A DNA stretch of 64,000 nt from Sphagnum compactum (taxonomy: Eukaryota), in assembly GCA_965153455.1 (NCBI GenBank), contig OZ234493.1, positions 9,228,213-9,292,212 on the forward strand, written 5' to 3'. The translations under genes and the position numbers were made by a program. Of this stretch, positions 28,207-39,330 are shown in pieces. Below the pieces are notes generated by a model, which saw nothing but the letters and a program-made list of their open reading frames with translations, had not been told where the DNA came from and did not search any database. How positions within the stretch are numbered: the stretch's first letter is position 1; each line of letters starts with the position of its first letter.

Positions 28207-29380
28207 GAGCATCTCTAGCGGTGCTCAGTTTGTGATCTGCACATTAAAAATGGATGAAGAAAATCCAACCTGTACCGATTTGACTCAGGAAAATGGTTTT
28301 GCACGTTATGAACACACTAGGGGTATAAAGAAGGGTATGTAACATATTACTTGGCATGTTATGTGAGTTTACAAGTGCAAAACATGTCATATTATATGAG
28401 ACTAGTGGGTACCCGTGACCTTCGGACATTGTGAAGTCCCCCGGTTTCTTTAAATCAAGAGAGACACACGAGGGTGCACAGGGCACGATGGGCGAGCCAA
28501 ACCGGGGGGTCGAAGAGCGCCGCTTCCGCTCATTGCAAATGCAACGCAACGTGCCAGCCCCTTCCCTTCTCAAGCTACACAGAGAAAGGAGAGAGACGAC
28601 CGACCCGGGTACAAGAAAGGAGAGAGACGACCGAGCTCGGGTACCCGGGCCGGTGTAGACGACAGCCCCCGAAAACACACGGGCCCCTTCCCTTCTCGAG
28701 CTACAGAGAGAAAGAGAGACGACCGAGCTCGGGTACCCGGGCCGGTGTCGGCGACAGCCCCCGGAAACACACGGGCCTTGTTCCGGTCCACCCGTGGCAA
28801 AGAGCTTGGTTTATGGCCCGGGACCCGGGTCTTCGTGGGCAGACTGGGCTTCGTCACCGCCCCGGTTTAATACTTACTCCCGCAGTTCCACACACCTGGG
28901 CGGCGCCCTACCTTTCCCGTCACTGTTCTCTGCGTCCAGTGATCACAGACAGACGGACAGACAAGGCAATTAATATATATGATTACGAGTGCAAAACATG
29001 CCTGGGTGTCACTTGAGAAAGTATGGATGGGGCAAATGTGCAGACTGGAGGAAAAAATAGCAGCAGTACTTTTGTACTGACTGCATTCATTTCCTTTGGC
29101 CTGTTTTGGGGGCGCAGCAGAAAGAGGATGCACCTGCAGAACAGAGTGTAATAAATGTGATCTAACTGCTGCTCAGTTTTTCTGATCGGGCCATCATAAT
29201 GATTGGTCCAGGTGGTTTGCTATTAGTAGTTCCCCCACCTATTTGCTGTCCCAGTTTTATTGGTGGGGTTGCAAAAGAGTGCATAACTAAACTGGTGGGG
29301 TTGCAAAAGAGTGCATAACTAAACTTGGATGTGAAAAATATTTTTGCAGGGTCACATACTGAGCACCGCTGGAGATGCTC
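28207..29380. mobile_element. PIF/Harbinger (Tourist-like) MITE hosting a Helitron
   Basis: TIRs gagcatctctagcggtgctcagtttgtga / tcacatactgagcaccgctggagatgctc; TAA TSD at 28204-28206 and 29381-29383; internal 32-bp tandem duplication 29261-29324. Confidence 0.88.
28402..28982 (-). mobile_element. Non-autonomous Helitron (581 bp), GC-rich
   Basis: Minus strand starts A|TCatatatattaa...ctgtccgtctgtctgt and ends ...ccgaaggtcacgggtacccaCTAG|T; no TSD; removal restores a host tandem motif (tgag.ttac.agtgcaaaacatg x2). Confidence 0.8.
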
Positions 29381-31608
29381 TAATTATAGTCCTAATTGGG
29401 GACTATACAAATGTAATTATAGTTTGGTTTGGTTTAGTTTAGTGTTTTTTTTTTTTTTGGGCAATTACATTTCACCACCATCTTAAGTGTGAGATTATCT
29501 TAACATCACCCAAAATAATTCACACAATTGAATATTTGTGTCTAGGAGGGGTACACTATGGGTCCAGCTATGGAGCTGCACATCTTCCATCCACACACAT
29601 TCATTCAGTCATATTACAGAAAATTATTGCCCACTATAATTTAATTTGCTTGTTTCTGAAGTTTGTTTATGTGAAATCCCTTGTGCATGAATTGGTGCTG
29701 AAATCATGTGGACTCAAGTGTTCAACAATAGAGTTACTTGTGAACTCATCCTGCCTAGGGTGACCCTCTAATGCCCATTTCATCCCCAATTTGAGTGTAG
29801 CCATAAAGTGGGTGAAATTGGGTCCCATTTAATGAAACTAGGGATCCATTCAGAAGATTTGCAGGTGACTCAAATTCAAAATAGGGGTGAAATTCCCTGG
29901 AGGATCAATTTAGCTGAGAAAACTAATTTGGTCCCCTATTTTTCTCCTGTGTAATATTTTCATCTAGACTTCTCATTTTGTCCCCAATTTTGGCAAAATT
30001 GCGGTGCAGTTGCCATGATTTGGGGTACTTTTAACAATAACTCTAATGCCAAACAGCTCGAATTTTATGTTTTTTTTTAATGGTTCAATTTTTATAAATA
30101 GCATGGAATTTAACCCCAGTGAATGCGATGTGAGTGCAAGGATGTATCATCATCCAAATGCATGATCCATTTGGGCAAATTTGACCAACCGGATGAAATG
30201 GTTTATGATGGAAAAAACATGATGAATTGAAGGATTAATTTGGAATTTTGTCATTTGGGTTTAAATTTTGCATGACAATCAATATTTTTCAGTACATGAA
30301 TTAGAAGAACAAAAAGCACAAAAAGTGAATTTTTTTAATGTAGTCGGAAGGCACCTTTTTGCTTGGAATTTTTCTTCCATGAAGGGTAAGCATTTTTTTA
30401 AAAGCATAATGGTCACTCTTGTGTGTGTGTTTTGTTTCTCAAAACACCCTTTTTTAAAAAAATTCCTTGTGAGTAAAAATATTGCTCTTTGCTTGATGCT
30501 CAATAAACCCCTTGTCTATGGGCTTTGCCAGAATTGGACCCATGCTTGGCTCTGCCCTGTGCGGGTTCTTATTCCGATAGAGCCCAGGTGTCGGGCTTTA
30601 GCCTAGATGAAATTTCCTTTGGAAGACAAATAGGATTTAGCCTTTTCACATAGGCATCATCTGCACTGACCATTCTCCATTGCATTCGCACTCTACTAGA
30701 AACAACAGTAGATTAGCTTCAAGGGATTTTGCCTCCTCGAAACTAAACTTGGTGAGATGATCCATCCAAATCTTGTTGTACAAAGATTCACATTCATCTT
30801 TTGACATTTTATTTCTGTGCCACCTCCCCAAATGTGCACCCAGCCCCAAGTGACTTTGTCGCCAATCCATACATAACTCACAAAACTAAATATGAAACTA
30901 CTTTCTTCAAAAATGATTATGGCACTCATCATTCACAAAAATTCACATAATTCTTTTAAAATGTGACAATGTGATTGAAAACATTCAATACACATGTCAT
31001 GGCAAATGTTTTTTTTTTAATTTGAAAATTTGTACAAATGTGAAAAATAAATATGAAAAGGGAATATTTGCTTTTTTTTAAAGAAAAAGATCATTGAATT
31101 TTTTTAAATTAAAAATCATGTCACAACATTCCCCTATTAGTTTTGGTTTGGTATCAATTTTTTAAATGTCTAAATAGGTTGCTAGAACATGTTATCATTT
31201 AATGTGAGATCTCTTTTGAGTTCCTCATGGCTAATGTGATGTTAAAAAAATCATGACAATTTTCCTTTTACAACAACATGATGATGACGTACATTAAAAT
31301 AGATTTATCTTTTATTTTCCCCTGGTTATGACCAATTTATCATCCAATTTCAATTGTTGATATTAAATTAACGGCAGGGCCATTGTGTATAGCACACCTT
31401 GTTGACAAAAGGATGGATGATGCCTAGACACAAATTGCATGGTTTTGGTGTGTAATGGACATTAAGAACTCATATTATGCCTGGTAATGTCCATTACATG
31501 CTCACCACGTGTATAGTAAGACATTTTTGGTCTAGTCATCACCAAACACATCTTGGTCAGGCAATTGAGGAATCAGGGAACCAAGAAACAAACAATACTT
31601 TTGTACTA

Positions 31609-32011
31609 TCTACTATATTAATTCACTACGTCTGTGCGTGCGTCTGTCTGACACGACAATTCTGCTGCAAATTCTATGGTAGAACCGGCCTCTGCAAATT
31701 CTATGGCAGAACCGGCCTCTGCATTTTCTATGGCAGAACCGGGCAATGCATTTTCTATGACAGGGTTTGGTAACGGGGCGAAGGGGGCTAGCACGGGCGG
31801 GGGGGGGCCAGCACGGGGCGGGAAGTTAATTATATATAACAAGGGAACGGGGGGGGGGGGGGGGGGGGGGGGATATCAACGGGTTAAAGAATCGGAGTGA
31901 AAAATGCGAAGGACGGGGGGGGGTCGACGGGGTAAAGAACCGGAGTGGGCAATGGGAAAGACCGGGCGGGGGGGAGCTTGACGGGTGCATTATGCACCGG
32001 GTTCACACTAG
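31609..32011 (+). mobile_element. Non-autonomous Helitron (403 bp)
   Basis: A|TCtactatattaa start, ctgt/gcgt microsatellite, 27-bp tandem repeats (31671-31763), 3' hairpin ggtgca-tta-tgcacc (31984-31998) then CTAG|T. Confidence 0.85.
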
Positions 32012-32551
32012 TTTGTAATAAAAACCCAATGCTAATTTAATGTCCTATGTGGTGGCTATGAAATTTCAAGAAGGCCATGAAAGTGGGGATGGTGGGGGCA
32101 TCAAAATTTTGGCTTGGGCTTGGGTTAGAAACTAGAGTATTTTATGTCTTGAAACCTTAGGACATGGAATATTGGCTTGGGCCCCGGTAAGAATTAGAAT
32201 ATTTCATTTTATGGGACCTCATGCAGTCTAGGTTCCATTTTGTCCTGGGCCCTAAACAAGCTATTGTAAATTTTGTCATAGGCCCTTAAACAACCCATGG
32301 TCATTTTGTTTCAATGGCATGGGCCTTAGGCCACCATGTCCTAGACCTAGAGCCACCTTATCCTGGTCTTTAGGTACCTTAAAGTCAAATTGCCCAAAAT
32401 TGAATTTTTTTATGCTGTCCATGAATGCTTAAAATTAATTCCTTCCTTACCCAAACATTTTTCTTTTGTTTTTTTTCCTTTGAGGTTTGGGGGATGGAAG
32501 AAAGTTCATTGGGCGGTCTTGATTATCTATAACTTATCTAGTGTACTTAAT

Positions 32552-32893
32552 TACCTATTTACATAAACTACTTACCCACCAAAAGTTACCTCCCCACCTA
32601 CTTAGGTTACCAACCTATCATTCACATAGATTGCCTACCTACATATCTACTCACCTACCTAGTGTACCTACCTAAAGAACAAAAGAAAAAGCCTCCTTAC
32701 CTACATACATATTCACTTACCCAAAATCTTTTTCTTTACTTACCTTTCCTGCTATCTACCTTTGTTTGTTCTATGTAAGTAGGAGTGGGTAAGTAAGTAC
32801 ACTAGGTAGATGAATATAGGTAGGCCATCTATGTGGGTGGGTAGGTTGATAATGTAAGTAAGTGCGGAAGTAGTTTAGTTAGGTAAATAGGTA
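32552..32893. repeat. Imperfect foldback of TACC-rich sequence (~100-120 bp arms)
   Basis: 32552-32673 (tacctatttac...cacatagat.gcctacct...ctacctagtgtac) vs reverse complement of 32789-32893. Confidence 0.65.
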
Positions 32894-32902
32894 GGAATGT
32901 AT

Positions 32903-33282
32903 GTATAGTAGCTTAATGGATTTTGGCCCTGTAGGTGGTAGGTTTATTTTATATGAGGATTTTTGAAAGATGTATTTTGGCTTGTGTTGAAACTTGAGAT
33001 CACCCTAACATTAACAAGGGGTGTGTCACATTGTGGCCTTGCCATTTACATTAAAAAGTATCTGAAGGCAACAAGAAAATTCTGGAAATTCAAATATTTC
33101 ATGATGCAAAAATACAATCTTCAAAAAAAATCCTCTACAATAGACCAAAATCCTTCAAGATATCATAACTCTGTAATAATTAATCTCAAGTTTCAACACA
33201 AGCCAAAATATCATCTTTCAAAAATCCTCATATAAAAAATAGACCTACCACCTAGGGGCCAAAATCCATTAAGCTACTATAC
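32903..33282. repeat. ~100-bp inverted repeat formed by two opposed copies of a dispersed repeat
   Basis: 32903-33000 matches the reverse complement of 33183-33282 with only a few differences; same family as 1-265. Confidence 0.85.
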
Positions 33283-33464
33283 TCTATAATCAATCTAAAC
33301 ACAATATCCTTGCCTTGGTAGGCAAGGCCAACAAAATGTCATAACTAACATTATCATAATTCTTTAAGCAACATCAACCTCTTAACTTTATATCAACTTG
33401 TCCACACCATGATAGTGAGTGATAACTAATTTTAAATTATAGTTTCTATGTCTGCAAGTCACTC

Positions 33465-33612
33465 CACACAAGGGTCAATTTTGTGATGTAGCTGAAGTGG
33501 TGATCATCCATAAGATGATTTAGCAAGATTTGGCAGCAGACTAAATATGAAGGTAGGAAAAAAAAAAGATCCTTTTATATTCTTGACTACCTACTGGAAC
33601 ATATCATAAAAA
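33465..33612 (+). repeat. Short dispersed repeat family (other copies ~3030-3150, 23520-23680, 27545-27670, 54810-54915, 63050-63190); this copy truncated at the arm junction
   Basis: Consensus ttgtgatgtagc..aagtgg.gatcatcca...gatttagcca.atttggcta...atatgaa.gtag...atattcttggctacctactgga...atcataaaa; the 63050-63190 copy continues ..ctggcgattt whereas this one stops. Confidence 0.75.
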
Positions 33613-33916
33613 TTACACTTCATAATTAACAAAAAGTAAGTTGTGCATTGTTTGTTTTAATGCATGGTGCATTACATGTTTCCTTAAAATATCATTGCTT
33701 AATACAAGATTGATTTTTCAATGAATCCATAATATGAGTAATTAGACATTATGTCAAAGCTTTAGTTTTTGAAAGTTACATGAATTATTTACAAAACATA
33801 AAAACATTGATTGTATATAAATTGGCAATGCAAAAATTCTTGGATCCAAGTTCCATATATAGTGGCTTCAAATCTCCATGGGACATCCATGCCCTTGACC
33901 TTTTTACATTAGAGCA

Positions 33917-36705
33917 ATGCTTTCAAACCCCATCAAATGGAGTCATTTGATTGTCGAGACCTCTTTTGGGATGTGGTTATCTAACACACATGGGCACAAC
34001 AAAAGGTTTGCTTTGTTGAAGTTGTATTCATCCCACAAATTGAGTGATTCCTTTATAAGCGGTGAAGAGACCATACTTGGTGGGAAGTGTCAATTTGTTT
34101 GTTGAAAATGTAACATTAGTGAAACACTACAAAAGCCTTGAATCAAAAGTGATATTTACTGATACATGATGAAACATTGATTGTGCAAGGGGCGTGCAAG
34201 CATGCTAAAGTAGGCCAATTGGTGATTCTTGTTCAAAAAGTAAAAGTAAGTGGAAAGTAGATTTTGCATTTTTCAAGTTTTAGGCCTTTTAACGATGTTG
34301 TAAATTTTGGGGAATACTTGCCATATCAAATAAACCATACATGGCCATGCCCAATATTCAAGCTATTTTATTTATTTATTGCAAGTTTATATATGATACA
34401 TTTTCCAAATCAAATTATTCAAATGATGTGTTATTAATGTTCGAACCATCATGCATATTGATACATAATTTTTGGAACTTGAATCTTTCAATTATGACAA
34501 TGTTAAGCCTTTCAAAGTAAAAAATATTCTTACATAAGTCTAAAGCAATTAAAATTTACTTTTCAATATGAATTACAAATGTATTTTGTGTTTGTAACAT
34601 GATAAAACACACTTTAAACATTCTTTGAGGAAGCCATGAGAATGAATTTTTAAAATGAAAGATCATGATTATACTTTATGTTTACTTTGTGCAAAATGGG
34701 ACAACACCAAATCAAAAAAAATGAATGAAAGTAGGTTGGAAAAAATGTAAACGCAACATCTTAAGCTTTTAAAAACTTTTTCAAGTCATACAACATATGC
34801 TCATGTAATTTAAACATTAATTTTCAAAGAACGTGTCCTATTTTTTAACTCCCAAAGTTGACAATTTGGTTTTCCTACATTCTCATGATACTTTTTTGAC
34901 CTACTTTAACATGTTTATGCCTAATTATTAACTACTTTCCATAGGTACCAATGTCAATATGGTCCTAATGACTTCACCAACATTGTTGAAGACATTATTT
35001 AATAGCATAATTTGTAGCCCAAAAAATATAATGTCACAAGTAAAGTGACAAGGGACCAAGGGATTTAGATAAAAAACTAGGAAGCTCCATCAAAAGGGAT
35101 TACATTAAAGCCAACTTCATAATGAATACCCTATTTTTTTATAAAACACATATCAAAAGTGTGTTTCATCCAACAAAACATTGTAATGCAAATAATTTAC
35201 ATGTTCATGGGGACCTAAAAGTTGGAGAGGTTTGATTTCTTAGCACATTTGTCACAAGATATGAAGGATTTTGTTATTGAACGGTTGAAGCTTGGGCTTT
35301 TAATGTCCTAGATAATGGCCAAACACAAACTCCAAGCCAAGGACATCATGAATGGTTGATTGGAATTGACTAAGGACATGTTCTTCACTTAATAAGATGT
35401 TCAATTCCTATTAGGAAAGTTAGCCCATGAAACATACCAACTACACAAAAATGATGCAAAAAGTGTGCATATGCATGTCCAACAAAATCCACATTATGTG
35501 TTTTACTATTGAGAATTTGACCTTCAAATAAAATGTTCATTGATAGGACACAATATGCCCTTCATTGTGGGAATCCAAACACAATGCAAAAGGAGATGAT
35601 GATTATACATGGGCACCAAAGGATTGTTGATATTGATGCCACATTTGGCACCAATGAAGTGTTTCAAATCCTTATGTGTAGTGAAACATGTTTTGTGTAT
35701 AATTGTCCTTCACCATTTCAATTGTAGATGTTGCACAAACTAATTTCTACCTTTACATTGTTGTGATTTTATTTCTTTTTTTATACAATGATGATGTTTG
35801 ATGAGTGGCACAATAGCATTTCGGTTGCATATTGTATCACATTGTTATCAAAAAAAAAATCCAACACGATGGATGTGTGCTTTGAATGATCACATTCACC
35901 AAAATAGTCCAAATTGGCTACCCAATGTTTTCATATTGATTGTACAAAAGGAAATATAAATAGCCTCAAGTAATCCCCCACAAGCATTATCTAGAATTAA
36001 CTTTAATTAATGTTTTTGATACTAATGTTATTTTTATTGTATGTCATTTTCCTTGTCCAATCCATGGCTTAACTTTCCCATTACACCCTCATGTGTCTTT
36101 GCCTTCTTATAGAATTATATGGCCTTACACAACCATCTTCCTTCACACATGACATGTGACAAGAACATGCCAAATGCAAGCATGCATTAAGATTTAAAAA
36201 CCTAGAGCTATATGTCAAGGTGTTGTAAGGGTGGGCAACATTATGTATGATAAGGTGGGTCCATTTGGAATTGGTATTAAAACATGGGCCATGGGCAAGT
36301 CGAGATCTTTGACCCTCAAATACCTTACAACAAATGCATTTTGGGATTATATGGAGGAAAATTACTTGTTTAAAACTCATATGTGTGGTGGTGGTTAGGT
36401 ACAAAATTTTGCCATATGTTGGGCAAGATACTAATGCAACAATTGAAAGGTATTGTAAAACACTAAATTTTCAATTAAAAGTTGAAAAAAGTAAGATGGT
36501 TGGTCATCACATGGACCAATGCATTCACGAGCTTACTAGAAGGTTATATTTGAGGCCATAAAACATTGTTGACAATAATGTTACATTATTGAAGTATGAT
36601 GGGCAACCAACATTTGTAACCTTTTCCAAATGACCACACATTCAATATATTATCCACAACCCAATTTCTCAATGGGCATCATGTAATTGCCTTCATGTTC
36701 AACAT
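33917..36705 (+). pseudogene. Mutator-like (MULE/SWIM) transposase pseudogene, right copy
   Basis: Ordered motifs SFISGEET..CQF, YQCQYGPND, HVHGD, LAHLSQDMK, YQLHKNDAKSV, DIDATFGTN (D1), FHIDC (D2), IFLHT*HV (CxxH-like), GQDTNATIERY (E), QYIIHNPISQWASCNC (start of SWIM); multiple stops and frameshifts. Confidence 0.75.
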
Positions 36706-38714
36706 GAATAATGATAAATAGTGTCCATGGAAACTTCAATGCCTTGTTCAAAAGCAATTAATGCGTAATTATGTTACAACTACATTTCCATATAAAATCG
36801 GGAATTACAAAATAAAATGCCATGTCAAAAATTCATAGAGTTTTATTGTAGTTGCATGTTAATTACAAGATGGAGCCTTATACTGATGTAAAACAACAAT
36901 ATATACAATTGTGGTCAACCATATTTTGAATTTGTGAACAATTTGCATGAAAACTTTGTGAATGACAAGCACCATATAATTAGCAAAAATGTAACATTCA
37001 ACTAGCATCTACCTTGCAATTAGTGCATGTCATTGATGTATATAGTCATGCCACATGTATGCACTGCCAACATCCATTAAATCTAAAACTTTCAATTCCT
37101 TTGTAATTAGTTATCAATTACCATGCAATTGAATGTCCATTGCAATTGGTGTACAACTAATTTCAACTATACATATAGATTTCAAGTTTCAAATTTGCAC
37201 AAGATATGCAAAGCCATATGACATTTGGTTGTAGGTTTTACATCTATGGTTATTATGCACTTGTGCTTAGTGTCAAAAAAATATAAATGATGAATGAGGA
37301 AATGATTGTTCCTTTTAATTATTATTTTTTGGTTTTTTATGAAGTAACCAAGAGACATATTATGTGACAATCTTTTGCATTTCAACTTTTAGTTCAAATA
37401 ATGAAATGTTCAAGTTAGATAAACAAAAATTTCATTTTTATTTAAATAACATGAAATGAAGACCTTTTTTTTGTTGTTCATTTCTTTGTCTAAATCATTG
37501 TTATTTTTAATTCATTGATTGAAACCATAAAAATCTTATTCTTAAGATTGTGTGAAATTATAAAAACTTTTTGTTATTGGGTGTAATGAATAGAAAATTC
37601 AATTTTGACATTCATGGTGTTTGTGCATTTGCAATATCATTCATTCTTCTTATGCATAATAATATATTGTTGTTAAGTTGTTAGTTTTATACAACTAAAA
37701 TGAAATACTGATTATGAATTTTGATATTGCGTGTCCCAAAACATTCAAGTTTAATCTATTGTTGTGCTATGGTCCAACAAATGTGAAGGTACGGTTACAT
37801 CTACATGTGAAAATATTCAAAACCAATGTACTTCAATTTTTCTTATGACACTTTATTTTGAATTTGAATGGTTGTTTGTAAATGAAATTGAAGCAATGAA
37901 TATATTGCATTACCAATGTCATTGTTTTGTACATGTATAAATCCTCCATGATAAATTTCAATATTTTTTAGCTTGAATTCTGAGAAATTGTGTCTACTAA
38001 GACTAGACTACCATGCAACTAAATGTCCATTACAACTAATGTACAACTAAATTTCAACTACTTGCATGAATATTAAACATTTAGGTTGTTAAATTTATAC
38101 AACTAAAATGAATTATTGATCATAAACTTTGATGATGCACATTTCAATACATTCAAAATTCAATAAACTTTCATGTTAAAACAATGAAAGTGAAAGTAAG
38201 TTTACACACCTACATGTGAAAAAATTCAAGACCAGTATATTTTCTTTTTTTAATATGACATTTTCATTTTTATTTAGATGGTTGTTTGTAAATGTAGAAC
38301 TTGTAATTTAACCATTATATTGCTATGATGTGTTTTTTATTTGAATGTTAAGTCAATTATGACATGATGTATGTCGCTTGTTAATTGCATTATAGTTGTA
38401 AACTATATGTACATTATTTATTAACTACAATTTGTATGTATATTGCTTATTAGCTGGATTATAGTTGTAAAAGATTTTTACTTAAATTTAGAATATGAAC
38501 ATTAGAATTTTTTTGCATTGAAATAAGGTTATTATTACATTGATGTGCAAACATCATTTCAGATTGGCAATAATCAAAATATAACCCAACTTTTGAATAG
38601 AGACAACCCTGTGGCCCTCTTAGCATCATCCAAATGCATGATGGAAAACAAAGTAAAAATAAAATTAAGGGTTTACAAACATATCATTATGAATAATTTC
38701 TGATTTAGGATATT

Positions 38715-39330
38715 TGCATACAATTTGCAGATCTCCTTTTCTTGATTGCCCTTGGTGGGTTTGGGATTCTAATTAGGAGCATCCCATGTGAGTTTAAAAG
38801 GCTTTGTTTAACCAACTTTACTCACCCAAATTGTTTTAGAAAATTATCATCCTTTTCAATTCATGAAAATACATTACATGGGATAGACCTCATTCCCCAC
38901 ATAGGTATGCTAATGACGTGCAACAATTTGTTAAAGGCTAATCTTGCCAATAAAGGTCATCAAACCTCCTTGAGGCATTGCGCTTCAATTTGAAATCAAT
39001 CTCACTCACCTTTAACTTGATTTTTTGTTTAATCAATTGCCTTATTTTCATTACAAATTTGTTGTGCATGTGGGTTGTTCAAAATGCAAGCATTCATGGC
39101 GTGGTGGTCTTGCCACCTTGGCCCCCCAAAATGAATAGAAAAAGGATAGCTAAATTTACATACTTCCATGTGAAGCCCACGTTTATTGTTAAAATGTTAA
39201 CAAAACAACCATTTAGTCGCATAACTATTAATGCATCCATCAATTTTACACACCCACCTTGACCCCTCATGCACCCAATTTGCATCTTCCATTACATGTT
39301 TTGGTGAGATTTTTCCATGATCACCTTTGG
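38715..39330 (-). pseudogene. C2H2 zinc-finger accessory gene of MULE C, right copy
   Basis: Mirror of 15310-15920. Confidence 0.6.

Noticed and set aside
28630-28745. gagctcgggtacccggg resembles the pUC SacI-KpnI-SmaI polylinker
   Set aside because: It has an extra G, lacks the flanking EcoRI/BamHI context, occurs twice as part of an internal Helitron repeat, and no other vector sequence is present
30646-30950. DECH motif suggesting a RecQ-like helicase fragment (minus strand)
   Set aside because: Only one short motif, with stops nearby and no other helicase motifs found
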